From an uncultured Clostridia bacterium (GTDB lineage: Bacteria > Bacillota > Clostridia > TANB77 > CAG-508): DNA of 64,000 nucleotides. Position 1 is the first letter of the stretch. Every line of letters starts with the position of its first letter. The notes below the pieces were generated by a model. That model made no database searches and was not told where the DNA came from. It saw only the letters and a program-made list of their open reading frames with translations. The stretch is from assembly GCA_963559065.1 (NCBI GenBank), contig CAUWIY010000006.1, positions 5,748 to 69,747 on the forward strand, in the 5' to 3' direction. Below, piece by piece: positions 41,533-51,400 of this stretch. The translations under genes were made by a program, and so were the position numbers.

Positions 41533-43959
41533 TTATTTTTTTAGGAATTTGCATGTAATTATGCTCATGTCGTCTTTGGCTGTTCCATAGTTGTTATCTA
41601 TTGCTTCTCCCAATATTAGGTCTGATATTTTTTTTGTGTTTGTTGTTTCTATGTCTTCTAACATGTATTTTACCCAAAGTTCTTTGTTTTTGTATTCTAT
41701 GTTTGAGTCTAATATTCCGTCCGAACATAAAAGCATAATGTCTCCTTCTTCTATGTCTTTGTCAAATGATTGTATTTGTACTTCTTTTACTATTCCTGCT
41801 GGTAAAGAATTTGATTTTATAATTTGAATTTTCTTTCCATTTTTAATGTAAGTTGGGCAAGCTCCATTTTTTATTAGTTCTATGTTCCCCTGATATAGGT
41901 CTATTATTGCAACATCTAATGTTGCAAATATTTCTTCATTTTGATTTATTAGACTTGTATTTATTAATTCTAATGATGTTTTTTTGTCAAACCCTGATAA
42001 TAATAAATTTTCTAACATTTTTAAAGCTTTTATGCTACTTTGTTTTGCTTCTTCTCCTGAACCCATTCCATCACTTAAAGCTACCAAATATTTTCCATCT
42101 TTTAAACGAATATTTAAAATACTATCTCCTGACATTTCTGATTTGTCTTTAGTTTTTTCTGCAATTCCAATTGCCATTACATATTTATCATCAGATAAAA
42201 ATCTTAGTCTTGTCCCGATACTTGCTTCTTCATAAAATACTATTGGCTCTTTTAAAATAGTAGAAAGAATTTTTTCAATTGCCTCTATATCTGTATTGTT
42301 TGATTTCTGCATATATATTTCAATTAAAAATCTTTCTTCTTTTTGGATTGATACTTCTTGTATTTCAATTTCTTTTTGCTTTAATAGTTCTACTATTTGC
42401 TTTTTCTCTTGTAAAAATTGTTCTTCGTTTTCTATATTTTTTTCTATATTTTCTGCAATATCAGATATTGCCTTTGAAACACCTTGTAACTGTGTTTCCA
42501 TATTTTTTTTGTTTTCTTCAAATTTCTTTTGCCATACAAAATTAGACTTACTTATTTTATATGACATATTTATAACTCTTACCATTTGCATAATATTTTC
42601 TTCTAAATATTGGCTTATGTTTTTATCATCAAAACCAACTATGTAACTATTACAATCAGCAAAAATTTTTAATAAATCTTCTCTTGTTATCTGTTGTTTA
42701 TCTAATAATAGACTAAATATTTCATCAACAATTTTTCCTTCTGTATTAGATAAATCTTCGTATAACATATTATTTTCATATCCGTTCAAATTATCAAGTA
42801 ATTCATTTATAAAAATATCTTTATTATTAATTATTGTTTGACTATTTTCTATTTCTGCATTTTCTATTTTATAAATACTTGCCATTTCTTGTATTGTTTC
42901 TGAAACATTATTTAGTCTCTCTGCTGTTTCTTTGCTTTTGTTTAAAGCTCTTTCTGGAAATACTGGTAAAAATTTTGAATTTCCCATAAATTCTTCTATA
43001 TCAATTTTCATTGATTTAGGAACTGCCAATAATCCAACTGAAGCAATTAATATTTCTTTGAAGTGAATTAATTCTACTGTATATCCATTAGAAACATATG
43101 CTAACACTACATTTCCTAAGCAAAATCCTACAATTACTCCTATTTTTCCAAATTTATTTAATATTCCGGCTATCATTCCTGATATTGCATATGCTGCAAC
43201 CATAATTGGGTCAGATGATGTTATAACTCCTAGCGTTACTCCAATTGTAACACCTGCTGTTGTTCCAACTAATACCCCATTTTTCCATCCTAACACAAGA
43301 ACAATTAATATACTCAAAATATTTCTAATAGAAAATCCAAAAGCTTGTATATCTCCAAAAGCTGTAACTGCAATTGATAACATCAAACTTGCCCCTAATA
43401 TTTCTTCAATAGAAAAAGCTTTTTGTTCTCCAAACTCATTTACTACAGATATAGAATTTACAAATATTTTATAAAACACTACTATAATAATTGAAAAAGA
43501 AATTAATGATAATATATCATATAGCGTAAACATTGACATTCCTATTTTCGCTAATCCTATTACTATTGTTGAAATAAATAAATTTTTTGCCAATTTTATT
43601 TTTTCATTTTTTTCTTCATCTGTATATCTTGGTTTTATAAAAAACATTGTAACAACAACTAATAAAGTTGTTAATAAATATGTTAAAGCACCACTTACAC
43701 CAAATTTTATTGCATTGCCTAAAACACCAAAAAATACAATTCCTAAAACAGGAACTGAATTTGCTAAACATGCTCCAAATATACTAATACTAAACGGAGA
43801 TAAATCTCCTGTTATTCCTACCATTGATAACATAAATGTCATAATATAAATTGGTATATTTTTTAAATCAAATACATCTGCAAATATATTTGTTTTTTTA
43901 TTTCGATTTTCTTTTATATTTATTGTTGATTCATCTATGTTTTGAAACATCCTTACCAC
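41533..43959 (-). CDS. spoIIE: Stage II sporulation protein E (PP2C-type phosphatase with a 10-TM N-terminal domain)
   Basis: Polytopic N-terminal half plus PP2C motifs (LSDGMGSGEEA, ATLDVAIIDL, KNGACPTY, LLCSDGILD). Confidence 0.85.
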   Translation of the reverse strand: MVRMFQNIDESTINIKENRNKKTNIFADVFDLKNIPIYIMTFMLSMVGITGDLSPFSISIFGACLANSVPVLGIVFFGVLGNAIKFGVSGALTYLLTTLLVVVTMFFIKPRYTDEEKNEKIKLAKNLFISTIVIGLAKIGMSMFTLYDILSLISFSIIIVVFYKIFVNSISVVNEFGEQKAFSIEEILGASLMLSIAVTAFGDIQAFGFSIRNILSILIVLVLGWKNGVLVGTTAGVTIGVTLGVITSSDPIMVAAYAISGMIAGILNKFGKIGVIVGFCLGNVVLAYVSNGYTVELIHFKEILIASVGLLAVPKSMKIDIEEFMGNSKFLPVFPERALNKSKETAERLNNVSETIQEMASIYKIENAEIENSQTIINNKDIFINELLDNLNGYENNMLYEDLSNTEGKIVDEIFSLLLDKQQITREDLLKIFADCNSYIVGFDDKNISQYLEENIMQMVRVINMSYKISKSNFVWQKKFEENKKNMETQLQGVSKAISDIAENIEKNIENEEQFLQEKKQIVELLKQKEIEIQEVSIQKEERFLIEIYMQKSNNTDIEAIEKILSTILKEPIVFYEEASIGTRLRFLSDDKYVMAIGIAEKTKDKSEMSGDSILNIRLKDGKYLVALSDGMGSGEEAKQSSIKALKMLENLLLSGFDKKTSLELINTSLINQNEEIFATLDVAIIDLYQGNIELIKNGACPTYIKNGKKIQIIKSNSLPAGIVKEVQIQSFDKDIEEGDIMLLCSDGILDSNIEYKNKELWVKYMLEDIETTNTKKISDLILGEAIDNNYGTAKDDMSIITCKFLKK

Positions 43960-44177
43960 CTCTTAAACTTTTTATAGCATTATTCTACTACTTGTCCTTA
44001 GCAATTTTTGTCTTTTTTAGCACATAAATTTAAAAAAGTTTTTTACAATTTGTGATATTTAATATGAAAAAATCCAAATCTATTCCATATTATGCTCTTT
44101 ATTCTATTATAATTTGATGAAAAAAGCAATATTCTAAGCCAAATTTAATATTTCTTGTAATCTGTGCAACAAAAAAT

Positions 44178-44215
44178 AAGGTTCGAGTTAAAATTATAAC
44201 TCAAACCTTATTTTT
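44178..44215. terminator. Rho-independent terminator after the surface-protein operon
   Basis: AAGGTTCGAGTT-loop-AACTCAAACCTT followed by TTTTTTC. Confidence 0.5.
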
Positions 44216-44240
44216 TCTTATCGATTTTTACAGTCCTTTA

Positions 44241-47200
44241 TTATTTATTATCAATTACTTTTTTCTTGATAATTATAATTCCTACTCCTAAGATTACAAA
44301 AGCCGTTATTCCAATTATAATTGGTGTCACATAATTTCTGTTTTCTCCAGTGCTTGGTATAATTGTAACCTCTTCTGCTTCATCTCCAGGGAAGTATTTT
44401 ACAATACTACCTGTAGGTTTGCTTGAATCTTCTGGCTTATCTATCTTAACAGTTTCTGCCTCATTATCAAATGTCAAATCATCTGTTGTTGTCAATAATT
44501 TAGATATATTCAAATCAACAGTTTTTGTTTCTGTTGGTTTTAATGGTACTGCTGTTTCCTCTGTATATAAAATTGTCTTAGAATTTATATAATCTGGATT
44601 TCCTAGTTCAAATCTTACAGGATTTAATTCTTTTAGTTCTTCTAATGTAATTTGTTTCCAATAAGAATTTTTACTTTGCTCAAATACTAAGTTAGCATTC
44701 AAGTAATCAACTACTGCTGATGGTGTTAAAGTTACAGGATCTCCTGTTATAATTCCATATTTGTAATAGTCTTCTGACATATATTCAACTTCACTATTAT
44801 TAATTGCTTTAATTTTATATACTAACTCTAATGTTGCACCTTCTAATAGTTCATTATCTATCTCAGCTTTTATATATCCATTATCTTTAATTCCATTATT
44901 TACACTAGGTTTCATATAAGTAACATGATTATGAGAACCTTGTAAATTTCCATTTTCATCAATTGTTGCATCTGCTAATATTTGACCATTTGCCAATGTT
45001 ATTTTAAATTTGCTTACTCTTTTTGTCATATCTAATTGTTGTCTTGCTCTTTCCACAATTCCAAAATCAACATTTGGTATTGTAAATTTAATTTCATCTT
45101 TTGTTCCAACAGTTTCTGTTGTTTCATATTCTACACTAAATTCCATTGTTGGTGTAACAGAATTCATAGATGTTATAATTCCATGTGGATTTTCTCCATT
45201 ATATGCTTTTTCTACAACATCATAAACAGTACTGTCTGTATATTCTTTAGCTATTTGCTTATCAATTTCTAGTCTTTCATTGTAATTATCAATTGCATCT
45301 GTATATCTTGGTTCATAAGAAAATTCATTATCTTTATACCAATACATATTTGATTGATTTCTATTAGGTTGATAAATTGTTCCTTTATAATTTTGAACTT
45401 TATATGTTTTATCTCCCCATGTATATGTTACAGTATATTGACCAGGAATATATCCTGTAAATACAAAGTTTCCATCTTCTCCTGTAACAAAAGTCATATC
45501 AGGTATTGAATTATTTAATTCATGTAATGTAACTTTTACTCCTGGAATTGTTTTCTCTCCATTTTCAAATATTCCGCTTCCCTGTCTTATTTCTCCTGTA
45601 AGTAAATTATCATTAGTAGTATCTAAAAATACTGTTCCTTTTATTTCTCTTGCATCTACTAATTCTAATTGGATTGATGGTGCTGCATCAATATCATCTT
45701 CATAAGTATTAACTGTTCCTATAACTGAGTTTCCTGGAACTGAATCCTTATCTATTGCAGCTACTGTCTTTCCATCTTTGTATACTGTATAAGAATTAAC
45801 TTCTGAAACATTATGCAAAGTTTCTTTGTTATTAACTATATTTAATACAGCTTCTCTGTTTAACTTAAATTGTACAAAAATGTAATTTGTACTATTTGCC
45901 TGAATTGTTGAATTATTGTATATTTTAATTTTTTGATAATCATTATTGTACATTTCTGGAGCATCATTGTTAAATCTACCTGTTATTTCATTTCTATCAT
46001 TTACTCCTGTACCTGCTGCTACAAATTCATATCTATTATCAAAATAATCTACAATATTATTAACTCTTGTTACATATGATGATTCATTTTTTAAACCTAT
46101 TTTATAAGTCAAATACACTTGCATTTCTTTGCTTGTATCATTTGGATTTTGGTATTCATAATCGGCTTGATATACAGCTCTTTTATATGTTTCTGAATAT
46201 CTATCTTTAAATTTTACACCAACATTCCAAGAAGCAGAATTATCTGTAAATACCCCATTTTTATTTTGCTCATTAAATCTCTTTCCATAATTATAAATAT
46301 GCCAATATCCATTAACTCCAATATTTACATTTGCTAAATCTTGTGCTAATGCTATATCTGCTTGTGGTTTTTCATATAATCCTAAGTTGATATATTTTAT
46401 TTCTTCCATAGTTGGTTTAAAACTATTGTGAAGATTGTAATTTGCATCTCTTGTATTTGCATGTACAATACAATCACTTTCATCTCTAACAAAATTTACA
46501 CTATTTTGTGTTTTTGTTGTTTTTTCTACTATAGATGTTGCATGATTTACTGTATTATTATAATAAATATTATAAGTTCCATTATTTACATTAACTTGAT
46601 TTTTTCCTGTAGAATCAACACTTGTAAAGTTTCTATCTAGTACTTCTCTTTCTACTCTATCTGTTGCTTTAGATGCGTTATTTTTTAATAAATCAATTAC
46701 TGCTACACTTTGGTAAACCAATCCATCATATTCAAATTCTACATAGTAGTTTGGAAGTTGATCAATTGTAACATATTCAAAAATATATTCTCCACCATTG
46801 ATTTCTCCATACAATCCTCTTTCTCCAGATTTTATCTCTTGATAATTTCCATTTAGCTCTGTACTATGTTTACTTCCTGCTCTTACTATATTTCCATCTT
46901 TATCTTTTAATCTAACAGTAATGTTATTAAAAGGTATATCCTTATTATCAAAATTATCATTTTTATAATATTCATTTCTTACATTCATTTTTTCAGACTG
47001 TATATCATCCCATATATATCCTGATAATTTTACATATCTTTGATAATTAGTAATTTTAGTTATTCCATCATATTGATACGGTATTGTTATAATTTTCTGT
47101 TCTTCTACAACATACCCATAATGTGGGTTTATTACTTCAATTGCTTCATAATTTGCAATTAAAACTCCATCTACTTTTATTTTACCTTTACTATCTGTAA

Positions 47201-48395
47201 AGAAAACTGTTGCACTATCTCTATCAGGTACATATGATATTCTGCCTCCCGTTTTCTTTACATATCTGTTCATTTCCTTATTTCTTAGAATAAATCCTAC
47301 ACCATCTAAAGGAATATTTTCATCTCTTGAGTCTGTTTTTTGGATTTCAATTTCTTTTGTCAAATCAATATTATAGTTAAATTCATTCCAATATATATCT
47401 GGAAAATAACCTTTAACTGGTTTTACTAATAATATATTTTGTCCAGTAGGACTTACTAAAAACCACACATGTGCCTCATACTTAATTTTTATTGGAATTT
47501 TAACCCCTACCCTTACTTTTCCAAGGCTAGTATAATTTTCATCCATTTTTAAATTAATATAAAAATTTTCTTGTGTTTTTATATCATTTTTTCCAAAGAA
47601 GATTTCTGTTGTTCCTTCATATTTGCTAAACACTATATTAGACTCTGGAATTCTAGCACCATCTACTGTATAAATTTCTAAGTCCATAATATCTCCACTA
47701 AATTTCCAGTTAAATGGTCCAATTCTTTGGTATCCTTCTCCATTGTATACATGTGGTACAACTGATAAATTAGAAGTATTTGTGTTATCTGAAATAGTAA
47801 TACCATTTACAGTTACATCATATAATACATCTCCATACTCTTTTGCTTGATCATATAATTGTTGTCCATCTGGTCCTAATTGTACACTTTCATTAGCTGC
47901 AAAAGCCTCTGTAACTGGACCTTGTTGATTATACAAATACAGATTTGGAACTACTATATTTCTATACCATTGATTATATGTGTGATATAAAGCTTGTTGC
48001 CCTGGTCCATATTGTCCAATTCCTGTTCCATATCCATTTCCATAATTAGTACCTGCATATAAAATATATGATAACATAGCACCTAAAGCTGATGGTGATT
48101 TATCAAATGTTGCTGTATCATAACATCCATTAAAGTGCATATATTTTGCAACTCTATATTCTGCAACATTAAATGATACTCCATGCTGAATACAATATAA
48201 GTCATTTCTTGATACAAGTTCTGATTCAGCTATATTAACATATTTTCCAACACTATTATCTGTACCCAAGTTAAAAAGAATTTGATCAAGTGATAAATAA
48301 ACTTTGTCATCCGCATGAACCTTTGTTGCAAAGAGTATAATTGATAATAACATTGTACTTATTAATATTAAAACTCTCTTCATTGTTTTTTGCAT
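44241..48395 (-). CDS. Giant (1384 aa) cell-wall-anchored adhesin-like protein with a signal peptide, a possible N-terminal thioester-like domain, Cna-B/prealbumin-type domains, and a C-terminal sorting signal IPSTGE plus hydrophobic stretch plus KKK tail
   Basis: SD GGAAAGGAGGaaaagaa ATG. Cna-B-like TGEDGNFVFTGYIPGQYTVTY. C-terminus ..IIPSTGENRNYVTPIIIGITAFVILGVGIIIIKKKVIDNK. Confidence 0.7.
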   Translation of the reverse strand: MQKTMKRVLILISTMLLSIILFATKVHADDKVYLSLDQILFNLGTDNSVGKYVNIAESELVSRNDLYCIQHGVSFNVAEYRVAKYMHFNGCYDTATFDKSPSALGAMLSYILYAGTNYGNGYGTGIGQYGPGQQALYHTYNQWYRNIVVPNLYLYNQQGPVTEAFAANESVQLGPDGQQLYDQAKEYGDVLYDVTVNGITISDNTNTSNLSVVPHVYNGEGYQRIGPFNWKFSGDIMDLEIYTVDGARIPESNIVFSKYEGTTEIFFGKNDIKTQENFYINLKMDENYTSLGKVRVGVKIPIKIKYEAHVWFLVSPTGQNILLVKPVKGYFPDIYWNEFNYNIDLTKEIEIQKTDSRDENIPLDGVGFILRNKEMNRYVKKTGGRISYVPDRDSATVFFTDSKGKIKVDGVLIANYEAIEVINPHYGYVVEEQKIITIPYQYDGITKITNYQRYVKLSGYIWDDIQSEKMNVRNEYYKNDNFDNKDIPFNNITVRLKDKDGNIVRAGSKHSTELNGNYQEIKSGERGLYGEINGGEYIFEYVTIDQLPNYYVEFEYDGLVYQSVAVIDLLKNNASKATDRVEREVLDRNFTSVDSTGKNQVNVNNGTYNIYYNNTVNHATSIVEKTTKTQNSVNFVRDESDCIVHANTRDANYNLHNSFKPTMEEIKYINLGLYEKPQADIALAQDLANVNIGVNGYWHIYNYGKRFNEQNKNGVFTDNSASWNVGVKFKDRYSETYKRAVYQADYEYQNPNDTSKEMQVYLTYKIGLKNESSYVTRVNNIVDYFDNRYEFVAAGTGVNDRNEITGRFNNDAPEMYNNDYQKIKIYNNSTIQANSTNYIFVQFKLNREAVLNIVNNKETLHNVSEVNSYTVYKDGKTVAAIDKDSVPGNSVIGTVNTYEDDIDAAPSIQLELVDAREIKGTVFLDTTNDNLLTGEIRQGSGIFENGEKTIPGVKVTLHELNNSIPDMTFVTGEDGNFVFTGYIPGQYTVTYTWGDKTYKVQNYKGTIYQPNRNQSNMYWYKDNEFSYEPRYTDAIDNYNERLEIDKQIAKEYTDSTVYDVVEKAYNGENPHGIITSMNSVTPTMEFSVEYETTETVGTKDEIKFTIPNVDFGIVERARQQLDMTKRVSKFKITLANGQILADATIDENGNLQGSHNHVTYMKPSVNNGIKDNGYIKAEIDNELLEGATLELVYKIKAINNSEVEYMSEDYYKYGIITGDPVTLTPSAVVDYLNANLVFEQSKNSYWKQITLEELKELNPVRFELGNPDYINSKTILYTEETAVPLKPTETKTVDLNISKLLTTTDDLTFDNEAETVKIDKPEDSSKPTGSIVKYFPGDEAEEVTIIPSTGENRNYVTPIIIGITAFVILGVGIIIIKKKVIDNK

Positions 48396-48411
48396 TTCTT
48401 TTCCTCCTTTC

Positions 48412-51400
48412 CTATAACATTCTCTTTCTTAAAATAATTTTTACTATAGCAAATATTCCTACAGCAGCTAGCGCAACAATTAAAAATGTTATTCCTATTG
48501 TTGCAACAATCTCACCTGTTTTTATACTTAAAATAAGTTCTGCTGTGCTCATATCATCTTCATCTTTTGCATGATTATTTACTGTTGAGTCTATATCTTT
48601 TAATCCTAGTTCATTGTAGCTATCTACTATTTCTGCTACATTTGGTATTAGTCCTGTGCTATTTTCATTCATTTTTTTAGTAAGTATTAACTTAACTTCT
48701 TTGCTCTCTCCTGGTTGTATTTTTTCATTTGATAGACTTGTTGTATAAATATCATTTTTTAAACGATACCAATCTGTATTCAAATCAGAGCTAAACTCAA
48801 ATTCTGATGGCAAGTAATCTACAATTTTTCTTGCATATCCTGGCACATCACCTTCATTTGTTACTTTAATAACATACTCTACAACAACTGTTGTTCCATT
48901 TATTAATTTTGCATCAATTTCCTTTTTAGCTAATTTTGAATTTGTATATTCAGTTACATCTGTTCCTTTAGAATTTTGAACTGTTACTTTATTAACAAAT
49001 TTATCAAGTTTTAAATCAAATGTTTTAGCTTCTTGTAAACCTAAGTCTATATTTCCTACATTGCTATTAGTTATTTTTATTAAGTCTGTTGAACCTATAG
49101 TTATTTCTTTTCCATCAATAGTTAATGTTCTTAAAATAGCATTTGAATTATACTGTTCAGATACTCCTTCTTTTTGGTAAGTTGTTAAAATATATTTTTC
49201 CATATCATATTCAAATATAACAACATATTCTCCTTCTGTAATACCACTTAAGCTATAGAACCCTTCTTTATCTGTTACTGATGTAATTTCTTTTCCATCA
49301 CTATTTTGTGCTAATTTATTATTTTTTGCATCAAATAGTTTTACTGTAACACCACTTAATTTTGTTTCATCTGGGTCTCTTTTTCCATCTTCGTTTGCAT
49401 CTAGCCAAGCAACACCAGTAATTATTTTGCTATTCTTATCATCATCTGGGTCAGTTTGTCCTCCGTTATCCCCATTATTGTCTCCATTGTTGTTACCATT
49501 GTCTCCACCACCATTGTCAGGTTTTTCTGCTTCTGGTTCCATAATGTGTTCTATTATTTCTTTTTTTACTTCATTACCAGATATTCTAAATGATGTTAAA
49601 TTTGTAATTTTAATTGCTTCATCATTATTTGGAATAACATTTACAATAACATTTATAACATATTCTTGACTTTCGCCTGGATTTAATGATGTATTAATTT
49701 CTATTTTTCTTTGTTTTAAAGAATAATCTCCTTCTGATAATTTTTTACCATCTTTTTCTATACTCTCTAATGTAGTATAAGATGATATTTCATTCAATAT
49801 AGATAAGTTATTTATTATTGTACTTCCACTGTTCTTAACATTTATTTTATATTTTATTGTATCTCCTGCTTTTACATAATCTCCACTATTATCAGAAGTA
49901 ACATTTAATTCTATATTATATCCTTCTATTGTTCTTATAACTTCATTTGAAAATGTAACATCTTCTCCTATAGTTGCTTTCCCTAAAAGAATAGTGTCTT
50001 TTTTATCTTGAGTAAAGAACTCTTTTGGTGTAATACTTAGTACTATTGTCTTTTCTTCTCCTGGCTCCATACTTTTTATTGTTGCCACATTATTTTCTAC
50101 TTCAACTCCTACATCAGGAATAATATTTGTAGTAACATCTAAATTTTTATTTAGTTCAACTTTTACATCACTTAATTTTTCTTCTGAAATGTTTTTTACA
50201 AGTAATATATATCTATAAGCATATCCTGCCTTAATAACTCCTGTATCATCAACTGGAGATAAAGTCATTTTTAAGTTTGAAGGTATAACTGTAGTAGTAA
50301 CTTCATTTGACTTTTTACTTACTTCTCCATATTCTGTTACAACACTATTTACCAATTTTTTTCCTTCTGTATTTTCATTAACTTTAACTTGATAATGTCC
50401 AGTAAATGTCTCTCCTTTTTTTAGTAAAGGTATTTCTACTTCAACTTGTTTTTTATCTTTATCTTCTATAACTGCATTATAGTTATTAGAACCATAATCA
50501 ACTTTACCTATTTTTACATAAGTAGCTCCATCTGGCACTTGTCCTATTACTTTAACATTTGTTGCATCTTCTGTTCCTGTGTTAGTTATTTTCATTTCAT
50601 ATCTAATAAATGATGCTTCTTTTACAGTTTCATTTTCTTCTCCTGCAACATATGCTTTTAATGTTGTTTCTACACTAGCTCCAATACCTGTTGTTAACTC
50701 TATATTATCCAATTTTACTTGTTTGTCTGCTAAACGGTTATTATCTTTATAATAAACTGTGTATCCCTCTTCTGCTGTCTCATTATATTCCAAATTTGAA
50801 GGAATTGTAATAGAATACTTAACACCAATTTCTTCTAATGCTTGTAACTCATCAATTACTATAAGATATTTTTTAACTAGCTTATTATTTTCTATTGTTT
50901 CTTTCCAGCCATTATTTACATCTTGTAAATTATCTGTTGCATTTGCATTTTCAGAATAATATATTTTTACTCTATTTTTATCTATTCCAGAAATAGATAA
51001 TTCTCCTACTTCTACATCAATATTATTGTTTTCAACTGATTGATGTGTTGGAAATAATCCTAAAATTCTTACATCTGTAATTTTATTTTCACTGTTGTTT
51101 ATAATATTTTTATTAATATCTACTTTTTTAGAATTTGAAGAAACTGCTAACTTAGCACCTTTGTTTCCTTCATTATTAACAACTTCTATTCCATAATCTG
51201 CAATTTGATTTGTTGCAACAACTCCAACATGAGAAACAATGTTAATATCTTGAATTATTTCTCCATTTTTATTGCCATTTGCATATCTAGTAGCATTTTC
51301 ATTTGTATAAGTTAATTTAACTTGTTCTGTACAGCTTGCAATCTTTTTGTTTGCTATTAAATTTGCATTTATAATTAATGTAGCACCTTCAATTGCTTCA